A program made the position numbers and the translations under genes. From Phycisphaerales bacterium (GTDB taxonomy: Bacteria; Planctomycetota; Phycisphaerae; Phycisphaerales; UBA1924): a DNA stretch of 64,000 bases. The notes beneath the pieces are model-generated. The model saw only the letters and a list, made by a program, of their open reading frames with translations. It had not been told where the DNA came from and searched no databases. Where the stretch lies: contig OZ245777.1 in assembly GCA_965227775.1 (NCBI GenBank), forward strand, positions 2,976,001-3,040,000, written 5' to 3'. Positions 1 through 9,568 of this stretch are shown piece after piece (the first letter of the stretch is position 1; each line of letters opens with the position of its first letter).

Positions 1-736
1 AGCAGTTGATGGTGCCGGTGGTGTAGGGCACGCCATGGCGCCACTGCACATCGTGGTCGGCGGCGAGCCGCTGGAGTTCGTGTCCGATCTCGTTCCTGCC
101 GATCGGGCCGCGCCCTCGATTCATCGGGTCTCGCGGGTCCCAGTCGAGCTGGTCATCGTCGAGCCAATCGTCGCGATCGTTCAGGTTGGCCTTCCAGCGC
201 ATCCACAGCGCGCGGGTTCGGTCGGTCATGAGGTCTTCACTCTGGAATCCGTTGGCGAGCGCGAAGCGCCGCGCGCCCTCGCCGACGATCAGGCAGTGGT
301 CGGTGCGCTTGAGCACGAGCAGCGCGACGGCAGCGGGGTTCTTGATGCCCTCGATGCACGCGACGGCGCCACTCTTGTGCGTCGGCCCGTGCATGACCGA
401 GGCGTCGAGCTGGATCACGCCTTCCTCGTTGGGCAGGCCGCCGTAGCCCACACTCAGGTCGTCGGGATCGTCTTCGACAAGCGTCACGCCGGCGACGATG
501 GCGTCGGCCGGATCGGCACCCTCGCCGAGCAGCGCGTACGCGCGTTCCACCGCCCCGAGTCCGTTCGCACTGGCGACGACAACGGGGCCGCCGCCCCCAC
601 CATCCCCGCCGTCCTGCTGCGGCCGCGGCGCCCCCGCCATCGCTCGCTTGGGCAGTCCAAGGCCAATGGAGGCCCCAACAAGACCAGCCGCCCCAATCAC
701 CCCGCCCGAGAGCACGTCACGCCGTGAGATGGTCAT
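1..736 (-). CDS. N(4)-(beta-N-acetylglucosaminyl)-L-asparaginase / isoaspartyl peptidase (Ntn hydrolase), Tat-exported; runs off the left edge
   Basis: Not in the ORF track. Manual translation from ATG 736 gives MTISRRDVLSGG (Tat signal)...VEDDPDDLSVGYGGLPNEEGVIQLDASVMHG...GAVACIEGIKNP...IVGEGARRFA...TTGTINC, typical Asparaginase_2 motifs. Confidence 0.9.
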   Translation of the reverse strand, partial: MTISRRDVLSGGVIGAAGLVGASIGLGLPKRAMAGAPRPQQDGGDGGGGGPVVVASANGLGAVERAYALLGEGADPADAIVAGVTLVEDDPDDLSVGYGGLPNEEGVIQLDASVMHGPTHKSGAVACIEGIKNPAAVALLVLKRTDHCLIVGEGARRFALANGFQSEDLMTDRTRALWMRWKANLNDRDDWLDDDQLDWDPRDPMNRGRGPIGRNEIGHELQRLAADHDVQWRHGVPYTTGTINC

Positions 737-824
737 GACGCAGCGTAGCCGGGGGTTTCGTCGCGCGCCGTATGAGACTATCGAGCGGGCGTTCGGGGCC
801 TAGGAACCATCTCGACGCCTTCTC

Positions 825-1802
825 TCACCCAGCCCGCGTGGCCGACACAGTGAACGAACCGGCACCGCGGACGTAGACCCACGCGGGCTCGCCAAGCGGG
901 TCAATCGACAGGGACACGCTCGCTCCGGTATCGCCACGACCCCGACGTGCCCCGGTGGCATTGCGCGGGCCAACATAGCTACCCGGCTCGAGTTCGAGCG
1001 GCGCGTCAGCCTCAGTGAGGTGCAGCAGCGGGTGCCCTGAGATGACGACCAGCCGCATCGACGGGTCATCGCTCGCGATCGTGACGCGCATGCCGCGTGG
1101 CAACTCGACAAGTGCCCCGCCGGGCAACTCGTCCTGCGGATTGCCCCAGAGATAGGTGATGCGTGGACCCCCATCGGGTGAAACGCCACGTGGCAGCTCG
1201 ATGCGGCTCGTGGTCGATGCATCGAGCCAGACCAGGTTCGCCGCGTGCACATTGATCGCGCGCTCGCCGGTGTCGATGGCCTCCTCGGCCGGCCGAACGA
1301 GGTACGGCCCGCGCTGGATCTCGATGTAGGCGATCCGTTCTCCATCCCCACCACCGCCCGTGCGCTGTCGGATGGGCACGCCCGATCGGGCCGAGGTGAT
1401 GTGCACCTCGCCCTCGGGCTGCGTCCAGTACGAGCCGGGCGCCATCCAGGAGTTGGCAGCACCGGGGTCGTCGTTGTGGATCAGCCCCTCAATGACCAGG
1501 CCGCGGTAGGTCACGTTGTGGATGTGCGGCGGCGAGGAGAAGCCCTCGGCAAACTTCACAAGGAAGCCCGTTGCGCCTTCGAGCGTTCGATCACCCCACA
1601 GGTCGGCCGCGCGTGGCCCGGCGTCGCCGCGAGCAGGATTGAGCGCACCCCAGTTGGCGTCCGAGGCCAACACGACTTCGACGGGAGCGCTGGCCCGTGC
1701 CTCGGACTGCGCGGCAGCCTCTCCTGTGGACGCTCCGCCAGCCGCACAGCCGGCGAGCGTCATGGCAATTGCGGCGATCAGCGTTGTGGCGATCTTGGGC
1801 AT
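825..1802 (-). CDS. DUF4437-like cupin-domain lipoprotein
   Basis: Lipobox [25 protein letters not shown] and [19 protein letters not shown] motifs. Confidence 0.75.
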   Translation of the reverse strand: MPKIATTLIAAIAMTLAGCAAGGASTGEAAAQSEARASAPVEVVLASDANWGALNPARGDAGPRAADLWGDRTLEGATGFLVKFAEGFSSPPHIHNVTYRGLVIEGLIHNDDPGAANSWMAPGSYWTQPEGEVHITSARSGVPIRQRTGGGGDGERIAYIEIQRGPYLVRPAEEAIDTGERAINVHAANLVWLDASTTSRIELPRGVSPDGGPRITYLWGNPQDELPGGALVELPRGMRVTIASDDPSMRLVVISGHPLLHLTEADAPLELEPGSYVGPRNATGARRGRGDTGASVSLSIDPLGEPAWVYVRGAGSFTVSATRAG

Positions 1803-1889
1803 GCGTTTTATCTCCTTGGCGCGGCACGGGGCCTGGCTCGCCAGCAGAGCCTACGCCCCTGGTGCGCTGCCCTCCCTACAAATCTACCC

Positions 1890-2516
1890 ATGCGCCACTT
1901 CTTCTCCGATCTCATCTTCCTCTTTGCCGTCATCGATCCCATCGGCACCGTGCCGGTGTTCATCGCGGCAACGGCGGGTATGTCGGCGCGGGCCCGGCGG
2001 ATCATCGCGTTCCGCGCGTTCGCGGTTTCCGTCGGCCTGGTGCTGGGCGCGATCATCGTCGGTCAGCTCGTGCTCGAGTGGCTCGACCTGGACGTGGCCG
2101 CGTTGCAGGTCGCCGGCGGCATCATCCTGTTCCTGTTCGCGCTGAACATGGTGCTGGGCGAGAGCAAGCCCGAGTCTGAGCTTGCCGAGATCGAGAAGCA
2201 CACCAACGACAACCTGGACGTCGCGGTCTATCCGCTGGCGGTCCTGTCGATCGCTGGCCCGGGTGCGCTCACCGCAGTCATCTTGCGAACCGACAACGCA
2301 CAGTTCTCCATCGGCCAGCAGATGCTGACGGCAACCGCGGCGTGCGCGATCGTCGGCCTCACGTTCGCGGCGATGCTGGGCGCGGCGATGATCCAGAGGC
2401 TGCTAGGCCAGATGGGTGCGAGCATCGTCAGCCGAGTGATGGGCCTGCTGTTCGCCGCCATCGCCGCCGACACGGTGCTGACTGGCGTGCGCACCTTCTT
2501 TGCGCAGCCGGCGTGA
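1890..2516 (+). CDS. MarC family integral membrane protein
   Basis: LFAVIDPIGTVPVF, QVAGGIILF, AVYPLAVLSIAGPGA, SRVMGLLFAAIA; start taken at ATG 1890. Confidence 0.9.
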   Translation: MRHFFSDLIFLFAVIDPIGTVPVFIAATAGMSARARRIIAFRAFAVSVGLVLGAIIVGQLVLEWLDLDVAALQVAGGIILFLFALNMVLGESKPESELAEIEKHTNDNLDVAVYPLAVLSIAGPGALTAVILRTDNAQFSIGQQMLTATAACAIVGLTFAAMLGAAMIQRLLGQMGASIVSRVMGLLFAAIAADTVLTGVRTFFAQPA

Positions 2517-2721
2517 AGGTGCCTTGGGCGAGGGACTCCAACTGTACTTGGGAATTCCCTCTTTCCACAGCCGATGCGCTTCATCGCCGCGGCCACGTGG
2601 CTTCGAAGTCGAATTATTAAGAACGATCGGGTCCGGGCCACCCGCTTGGAACTCGCTAGCATTTCTTTCACGCTGCGGCAAGGACGCTCCTCGCCTCGGC
2701 ACCACTGTGGAGGGTTGCGAC

Positions 2722-4128
2722 ATGTCTCCGAAGTTGCCAGAACGTAAGAGCAGTCCGTTGGTCGCCGCAGTCGCGGTGCTCGCCGTCGCGGGCATCGCCC
2801 ACGCGCAGCAGACCTCACGAACCACCGCACGCTTCACCAGCATCGAGCAATCTATGTGGGCCAGCGGCGGCGGCTTCGTGTACGACTTCGCGCAGGACTA
2901 CACCGTGGGCGCCGAAACTGGCTCGCTGACGGTCAACCCGGGCCCGGTCTCGGGTTCGGGCGTGACGGTCGATACACGGTTTGCCGTCAGTGCGGTGGCC
3001 GAACTGGGCGTGGGCGTGGGCTTCGGCCTCGACAGCGGCACCGTCGATGCGGCGATGTTCTACGACATTGACATGACGGCGCCGACACTCGTCCGCGGCG
3101 GCGGCTTCTTCAACCTCGAGTTCGAGGCCAGCCTCTCGCCGACCTCGCAACTCATCACGCGCTCGCCCGATGCGTACGCGAACCTCGACGCGATCTTCGC
3201 GGTCTCCAACAACCTCTTTGGCGAGGCCATCGTCAGCTGCAGCGCCGCGACGGCCCTCTTGGGCGGCATCGAACGCGGCACGTTCCGCCACCGCAGCTAT
3301 CCGCTCATCGACATCGACCTGCGCGAGACGCTCTTCGGCTTCAACCCTGATGGCGACGGCCGCTTCTATTGGAAGGGCGCCGACGTCGGCGGCGTGGGTC
3401 AGGTCATCACCATCGGCAGCCCGCTCGCGCCCGCCGCCGAGATCACGGTCGGCGACTGGCGCATCGATGCCCAGGGCGGCGTCGCGGGCCCCGATCGCCT
3501 CGCGGCTCAGGGCGAGATCACCATGCTCACCGCGCTGATCGACGTCGACTCGGCCATCACCGGCGGCTCGGTGGCGACCGGCGCGGGCATCCGGGTAAGC
3601 ATGAGCGACAACATCGTGCTGGACACCGGCTACGACGTCATCGACTTCGACAACATCTACGCGATCGGCTACCGCCAGGCGTTTGGGCTCGACGCGGCCG
3701 TGCTCGTGACGCTCGACTTCTCGCAGGCGGTCGACCTGCGGTGGCCCGACGGCACGATCACGAGCGGCACGAGCGTGGGCCCGCTGCCGTTGGCCGACGT
3801 GCCCCAGGTGCGCATCGGCACGGGCGAGGTCGCCATCCGCCCGACCTACTCGCTCGCGGCCGAGTTGACCAACGACACCGACCTGACCTTCGACGTCGAC
3901 TTTGCCGCCCAGGTCGCACGCGGCAACTTCGATTTCGAGTTCAACAGCCTGATCTATGACACCAGCGTCAGCCGCAGCTTCGGCCCGCTGTGGAGCCAGG
4001 ACTGGCAGGTCGCCAACCCGACCATCGACGTCTACACGCAGCGCTTCCCGCTGGGCGGGTTTGCGCCCGTCACCGGCGAGCCGGTGAGCGTCGTGTCAAC
4101 GCGCAACGCGTTCGGGCGGGCTCGGTAG
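2722..4128 (+). CDS. Secreted beta-rich hypothetical protein
   Basis: GGAGG RBS-like site before ATG 2722; signal peptide ending AHA; strong GC3 codon bias; no recognised domain. Confidence 0.7.
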   Translation: MSPKLPERKSSPLVAAVAVLAVAGIAHAQQTSRTTARFTSIEQSMWASGGGFVYDFAQDYTVGAETGSLTVNPGPVSGSGVTVDTRFAVSAVAELGVGVGFGLDSGTVDAAMFYDIDMTAPTLVRGGGFFNLEFEASLSPTSQLITRSPDAYANLDAIFAVSNNLFGEAIVSCSAATALLGGIERGTFRHRSYPLIDIDLRETLFGFNPDGDGRFYWKGADVGGVGQVITIGSPLAPAAEITVGDWRIDAQGGVAGPDRLAAQGEITMLTALIDVDSAITGGSVATGAGIRVSMSDNIVLDTGYDVIDFDNIYAIGYRQAFGLDAAVLVTLDFSQAVDLRWPDGTITSGTSVGPLPLADVPQVRIGTGEVAIRPTYSLAAELTNDTDLTFDVDFAAQVARGNFDFEFNSLIYDTSVSRSFGPLWSQDWQVANPTIDVYTQRFPLGGFAPVTGEPVSVVSTRNAFGRAR

Positions 4129-4276
4129 TCACAGCGCCATCGCCTGCACACAACACCCCGACACCAACGCTTGAGGCCCAACCCTTCGAAGACCACCGCG
4201 GGGGCCTTAGTGATGCAGCGCAACGAGGGAACATCAGCACACCCAAGAGCCCGTGTGTGCTGGCTGGTCGCTGATC

Positions 4277-5356
4277 TCAGCTCCCAAACAGCTCGATGGT
4301 CTCCATCGGCGTGATGCGGCCTTCGAGCACGGCCTGCGACGGCGTGTAGTGGCGCATCGCGGCGTTCCAGCTGCCCGTGTCGTTCTCGATCGGGATGTTG
4401 TTGATCTCGCCCTCGCAGCCGAAGTGGATCGTGAAGGTGCCATCGGCGTTGGGCACGGCGTTCTCCGAGTTCACGTTGGCGATCTCGTGGAACATGAAGC
4501 CGTCCTTGTTGTACACCGTGATCGACCAGAAGCCGCCGGTGTTCTTGGGATCCTCGAACGTCGTCGAGCGCCCGTCGAAGCCCTCGAAGAATTCCGAGAA
4601 CTGGTAGATGTTGTCCTTCCACGTCGCGCCGCCCCAGCCAATGGCGGTGCCCATGAGGTAGCGCTCGGGGTCGACGTAGTCCTCGGTGCCGAACATTCGC
4701 TCGGTGTCACGAAGCCCGGACTGCGCGAAGCTCTCCAGTATGCCGTGGTGGACCTCCTGGTACGACGCCTCGTCGTACTCGATCGGTTCGAGTGGGTTCG
4801 AGCTGCCGGCCTCCAGACCGATCTGGTCCTGCAGCGCGTGGATCTCGGCGAGATCGGCCTCATCGCCCGAGCGGAGGCCGATGCGCACGAGCGCGTACAT
4901 GTGGTCGGAGTGCGGCGGGATCTCGTGCTCGCCCGGCTCGTACACCATGTCGTACACGCGGTGGTTCTCGTCGAGGTACATCAGCGAGATGTACCGGCCG
5001 TCGGTCTCGGGCAGCGTCACCGTCGCGCCACCGGTCGTGTCGATGACCGCCATCGAGTACAGCGTGTCGCGGTTCATCCGGATCACCGGCTGGTTGTCGA
5101 CCGGCGGCACCGCCCGCTTGTGCTGGAAGCGGTTCACGCCCCCGGCGTTGCGCTGGGTGATGCCCATCTGCCGGTTGGTCTCGACGACCGGGTAGTTGGC
5201 CCGCGTGACTTGGACCAGGCCGTCGGCCTCCTGGGCCGTGTCGTCGGTCGCAGCCTCGGTCGCTTCGTCGGTCGCCTCGTCGGTCGTCCCCGAGCAGCCC
5301 GCGAACGCGACGACTCCGACCACCCCAAACACGCCCACGATGAACCGGCTTCGCAT
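4277..5356 (-). CDS. DUF1254/DUF1214 family lipoprotein
   Basis: Lipobox FAGC; VIRMNRDTLYS, LPETDGRYISL, GFWSITVYNKDGF, NADGTFTIHFG motifs. Confidence 0.85.
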   Translation of the reverse strand: MRSRFIVGVFGVVGVVAFAGCSGTTDEATDEATEAATDDTAQEADGLVQVTRANYPVVETNRQMGITQRNAGGVNRFQHKRAVPPVDNQPVIRMNRDTLYSMAVIDTTGGATVTLPETDGRYISLMYLDENHRVYDMVYEPGEHEIPPHSDHMYALVRIGLRSGDEADLAEIHALQDQIGLEAGSSNPLEPIEYDEASYQEVHHGILESFAQSGLRDTERMFGTEDYVDPERYLMGTAIGWGGATWKDNIYQFSEFFEGFDGRSTTFEDPKNTGGFWSITVYNKDGFMFHEIANVNSENAVPNADGTFTIHFGCEGEINNIPIENDTGSWNAAMRHYTPSQAVLEGRITPMETIELFGS

Positions 5357-5454
5357 CGGTGTACCCCCATCTGGATCTGGCGTCGCAAGGCCGCTCTGGC
5401 CCGCCGCCGGTCCTGCGCGATTATAGAACAAGCCCGCGGTGCCGCGAGACTCGC

Positions 5455-6015
5455 CTATTCGACCACGAAGTCCGGCCGCGGCCGGGGCGCGCCCTCCAGC
5501 GGGCGGCTGTACCGCGAGATGACACGCCAGGTGCCGTCGCGGTCGACCCAGATGTCGGTGAGGTCGTAGACGCCCGAGAGGTCATCGGCGCCGCCGGGGC
5601 CGTCGGCCGTCCACTCCTCGAGCGTCATGCGCATGTTGACGGCGACAATGTCGCCCGAGATCGGCTTCACGTCGACGCTTGCCATCTCGATGCGACCGAA
5701 GGACATGCCCGCGAGGTTCTGCCGCCAGCGCCAGCCGGCCAGCCCGGGCGACGGGTTGCCCTCGTCGATGGTCATGGCGAACGGCGGGATCTCCTCGAGC
5801 GTCAGGCGGAAGTCGGGCGCCATGAGGCCCTCGAGCGCGGCAATGTCCTTGCGCTGCATGGCCGAGGCCCACTCGATCTCGCGATCGATCACCGCCTGGG
5901 CTGCAATTGGCCCGGCGCAGCCGGTGAGGCTGGCGAGCAGCGTTGCGAGGACGGCGATGCCCAAGGCGGCGCGGGCGCTGGACCCGATCGGGTTGGTTCT
6001 CATGAAGTTGGTCAT
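5455..6015 (-). CDS. NTF2-like / DUF4440 family lipoprotein
   Basis: Lipobox LTGC; EIEWASAMQRKDIAALEGLMAPDF and TDIWVDRDGTWRVISR. Confidence 0.75.
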   Translation of the reverse strand: MTNFMRTNPIGSSARAALGIAVLATLLASLTGCAGPIAAQAVIDREIEWASAMQRKDIAALEGLMAPDFRLTLEEIPPFAMTIDEGNPSPGLAGWRWRQNLAGMSFGRIEMASVDVKPISGDIVAVNMRMTLEEWTADGPGGADDLSGVYDLTDIWVDRDGTWRVISRYSRPLEGAPRPRPDFVVE

Positions 6016-6237
6016 GGGCACAGGCTACGGCAGTGGTGCTCCCAGGGGATTGCTCGCGTGCGGAGCGGAACGCTCGCAGATCCTCGCGGGCCGGCGACGT
6101 CTGGAGCGCGGGTGGTCGCTCGCACCCCCGTCAGGGCCGGGCGTCGCCGTGAACGAACAACATGGCCTTGCCATCCAAGTGAGAATCTGGTATCTTGACC
6201 CGCTCGCGGCACGCCGTCGCTGGCAGAGGAGAGAGAC

Positions 6238-7554
6238 ATGCCCGCCCCCACCAATGCCCAGGCCGCCGCTGTCGTTTCGCGCACGCCTCTGGCCATCCTC
6301 GCGATTGCGGGGCTGGTCTCGACAACCCTGGCCCAGACCTGCGACCCGGCGACCATCTATGCAATCGGCGTTCCCGTAGACGTCGGGCTCAACCCCCGGG
6401 ATGCCGCGCTGGAGGATCTGAATGGCGATGGCGTGCCGGATCTCATTTCCGTGGGTCTTGGAATCGATGCGGCCGTGAGCGTGCTGCTTGGCAACGGCGA
6501 TGGAACGTTCGAGCCCCGGCAGAACTTCGAGGCCACGGGCCCATTGAGCGTGGCCACCGCCGATCTTGACGGCAACGGCACCACCGACGTCGTCATCGGG
6601 AGTGTGACCAACAACGTCGGGGTGCTGCTGGGGCGCGGAGATGGCACGTTCGAGGCCGAGGTGCTCTTCGGAGCCGGCGCGACACCGCGCTCCGTTGCCG
6701 TAGGTGACGTTGACAGCGACGGGGTCCTCGACATCGTCGCTGCGAATCTGGATGGGGCCGACGTCAGCATCCTATTGGGCAACGGTGATGGCACCTTTGC
6801 CACCGAGCAACGCGTGGCAGCGGGCGGCGACCCTCGAGCCATTGCGCTCGGCGATCTCGACGGGGACGGCAACCTCGACATCGCCGTCGGCAATCGCCTG
6901 GATCAGCAGGTGGGCGTGCTGCGTGGTCGCGGTGACGGCACGTTCGAGGCCCAGGTGCCCTACGCCGTCGGCGCGCAGATCCGCGCGGTCGCCATCGGCG
7001 ACCTGGATGGAGATGGGAAACCGGATCTTGCGGTCGCCAATCAGACCGACGATGACGTCAGCGTGCTGTTGGGTCGTGGCGATGGCACGTTCGAGCCGCA
7101 GGTTCGTGTGGCGGCGGGCGACGGGCCGCAGAGCCTCAAGCTGGGCGATGTGAGTGGCGACGGCGTGCTCGACATGGTGGTGCCGAACTTCTTTGGCGAT
7201 GACGTCGGCGTGCTGCTGGGTGTGGGCGATGGCACGTTCCAGCCCGTCGCCTTGTTCGCAACGGGAGATGGCGCTACCGGCGTGGCACTGGGTGACGTCG
7301 ACGGGGATGGGGACGTCGATCTGGCGGTCCCAAACGCCAATGCCGGGGACGCCGCGATCCTGCTCAATACCTGTGGTCCGTTCGCCGCGTGTCCCGCCGA
7401 TCTGGACGGCGATGGCACGCTGAGCCTGTTCGACTTCCTTACGTTCCAGAACCTGTTCGACGCGGGCGACCCCGTGGCCGACTTCGATGGCGATGGCCAG
7501 CTGACGCTGTTCGACTTCCTGGCGTTCCAGAACGCCTTCGATGCGGGGTGCTGA
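6238..7554 (+). CDS. FG-GAP/VCBS repeat beta-propeller protein with C-terminal GC-type dockerin domain
   Basis: About 7 repeats of GD(L/V)DGDG..D....VLLG.GDGTF; C-terminus CPADLDGDGTLSLFDFLTFQNLF...FQNAFDAGC. Confidence 0.9.
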   Translation: MPAPTNAQAAAVVSRTPLAILAIAGLVSTTLAQTCDPATIYAIGVPVDVGLNPRDAALEDLNGDGVPDLISVGLGIDAAVSVLLGNGDGTFEPRQNFEATGPLSVATADLDGNGTTDVVIGSVTNNVGVLLGRGDGTFEAEVLFGAGATPRSVAVGDVDSDGVLDIVAANLDGADVSILLGNGDGTFATEQRVAAGGDPRAIALGDLDGDGNLDIAVGNRLDQQVGVLRGRGDGTFEAQVPYAVGAQIRAVAIGDLDGDGKPDLAVANQTDDDVSVLLGRGDGTFEPQVRVAAGDGPQSLKLGDVSGDGVLDMVVPNFFGDDVGVLLGVGDGTFQPVALFATGDGATGVALGDVDGDGDVDLAVPNANAGDAAILLNTCGPFAACPADLDGDGTLSLFDFLTFQNLFDAGDPVADFDGDGQLTLFDFLAFQNAFDAGC

Positions 7555-7899
7555 CCGCTCCGCGGGGGGTGCACCGTGCCGTGTTGGCACGACACGCCGG
7601 GCGCACCGTGCCTGACCACACGCACCGTGCGTTGCGCCGCAGCATCCGCCGAGCGAGTCCGCGAGCGACAGCGCATGCGCAGGCGCGGCGGCCCGCGGCC
7701 GCCCGGGCGCAGCCCGAGAAGCGAGTCCGCGAGCGCCAAAGAGCATCTCCTTTGAGCGAGCCCCGGCGCAGCGACCCTGTCCTCAGGGGCGCTCCGCCGG
7801 GGCGTCGAACGTCGGCGCACCGCCAGAGCACCGTGCGTCCGAACCACCCTGCTGCACCAGAGCACAACGCCCGAGAACCAACCCCCCACCGCCGCGCCC

Positions 7900-8067
7900 C
7901 GAGCTTCTCGGGGAGCGCCCAATACTCCTCGGGGAGCGCCCAGAACTCCGCGAGGAGCGCCCCGAGCTCCGCGGGGAGCGCCCGGAATTGCTCGGGGAGC
8001 CCACAGAACACCGCGGGGAGCGCCCAGGACCGCTCGGAGAGGCCGCCGAGAGGCTCGGAGGGCACAC
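7900..8067. repeat. Degenerate 21-bp tandem repeat, about 8 units, core CGGGGAGCGCCC
   Basis: Units start at 7900, 7921, 7942, 7963, 7984, 8005, 8026, 8047; the first six share (T/G)CG(G/A)GGAGC(G/C)C(C/A)C. Confidence 0.85.
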
Positions 8068-8254
8068 AGAGCCCGGCTGGAACACTGAAACCGGCCCGAG
8101 AACGCCGCTGGAGAGGCTCGAAGGACATTCGGAGGGCACATGAGGCTACTGAAAGCCCTCAAATACGCTTAAGCGAGCTAGACGGCACCTCCGATAGCCA
8201 TATCATCGGTGCGCAGGATTCCTGCGCGATCAATTTCAGATCCCGGGGCCAGCG

Positions 8255-9568
8255 ATGCTCATCAGACTTTTCGGCCGAAACTTCCGCTCTCTCAGGGACG
8301 ACTTCGAGTTGTCCATGGTTGCGGCAGACTTTACCAACGGCGAGGAACGAAATCGGGGGGTCACGAGTGTAAAGATTCGTGATCTGCCAGAACCCCTTCG
8401 ACTTCTCAGGGCTGCGGCCATTTTTGGCCCTAACGCCTCCGGCAAATCCACCATTTTGACGGCAGGTCAAGCTCTTCGCTGGATTGGTGCAGTTTCCAGC
8501 CGCCGGGCTGAACCTGAAGGCGGCATTCCGCCGTACGAACCATTTAAGCTAGATCCCGATTTCAGTTCGTCACCAATCACCTTGGGGTGCGATGTTACTC
8601 ACAAGGGCGCCATTTTACGCTATGAGCTTACATACACAGAACGTTCCATAAGGTCCGAGACTCTGTCACAAATAACTGGCTCGGGCGAGGATGTACTTGT
8701 TCGCCGACGCGGTACGAAGAGTGTCACCGGCAGTCTTGTGGAAATGAGTGATTCAAACATGCTCTACGTGAGGGGCATGCAACCGAACGTTTCAGTACTC
8801 TCCAAGCTTGCTCAACATGGACCTCGCACAGGCGCAGACTCCATCATGCCATTCTATCGAAGTATTAGAAAGGCACTTGAATACGAAGACTACACGCCGG
8901 CTGCTTATGGCCTGCGAATGGACGAAACGTTCCATCGCCGATTCGCCAGCAGTGAATCATATCGCAATTGGATCATGTCGAACTTGATGCAGAAGGCCGA
9001 CATAGGTATCTGCGATGTTCAAACTGAAGAAAAACCGGTAGAGTTTCCACTGCGCCTTCGCACTCTGATGGAAGAAATGTCCGAAGACGGAAATAGCTTC
9101 AAAGTGTCTGAAAGCGTGACTGATATTAGCTTTGTCCACAAAGGAGCGACCAACGAACTAATTGACTTTGAGGACGAATCAGCCGGCACGGTAAAGTTGT
9201 TCAACATTGCAGGCGACTTGTGGAAGCTGTCGCACTCGTCGATCACTCTCTTTGCTGACGAACTTGGAGCCAGTCTGCATCCTCGACTTCTCGACCAACT
9301 GGTTCGCGTTGTGAATCACACGGCCAGGAGGCGATCACAACTCATTTTTGCAACACATGAAACTGGGCTATTGGAGGGCCGTGACGGACTACCGCCTGCG
9401 CTTCGGCGAGATCAAGTGTACTTCACAAAGAAGACCGAGTCTGGGTCGACTGAGATGTATTCACTAGCTGAATTTAAAGACGAGGCCCGCCCCGTCCACA
9501 ATATCAGGAAGCGATACCTGTCCGGCCGATATGGCGCGTTGCCGTCAGTTGAAGGTGTTTCGTTTTGA
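8255..9568 (+). CDS. AAA_21/ABC-family ATPase (RloA/AbiLi-like) of a putative abortive-infection system
   Basis: NFRSLRD, Walker A GPNASGKS, signature ESAGT, Walker B LFADELGASLHP, FATHE, RRDQVYF, YLSGRYGALP; low GC. Confidence 0.9.
   Translation: MLIRLFGRNFRSLRDDFELSMVAADFTNGEERNRGVTSVKIRDLPEPLRLLRAAAIFGPNASGKSTILTAGQALRWIGAVSSRRAEPEGGIPPYEPFKLDPDFSSSPITLGCDVTHKGAILRYELTYTERSIRSETLSQITGSGEDVLVRRRGTKSVTGSLVEMSDSNMLYVRGMQPNVSVLSKLAQHGPRTGADSIMPFYRSIRKALEYEDYTPAAYGLRMDETFHRRFASSESYRNWIMSNLMQKADIGICDVQTEEKPVEFPLRLRTLMEEMSEDGNSFKVSESVTDISFVHKGATNELIDFEDESAGTVKLFNIAGDLWKLSHSSITLFADELGASLHPRLLDQLVRVVNHTARRRSQLIFATHETGLLEGRDGLPPALRRDQVYFTKKTESGSTEMYSLAEFKDEARPVHNIRKRYLSGRYGALPSVEGVSF

Noticed and set aside
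35..727. Plus-strand 230-aa ORF
   Set aside because: Antisense shadow of the minus-strand asparaginase-family gene, which has clear motifs
7900..8067. CRISPR array
   Set aside because: The period is only 21 bp with 8-9 nt variable parts that resemble each other; no cas genes in the window
7041..8372. ORFs spanning the repeat gap (7041-8162 minus, 7389-8372 plus, 7439-8128 minus), including an LRR-like ALPAELGAL reading
   Set aside because: Low-complexity translations of the repeat that overlap real genes; 7-aa period rather than LRR period; no convincing RBS
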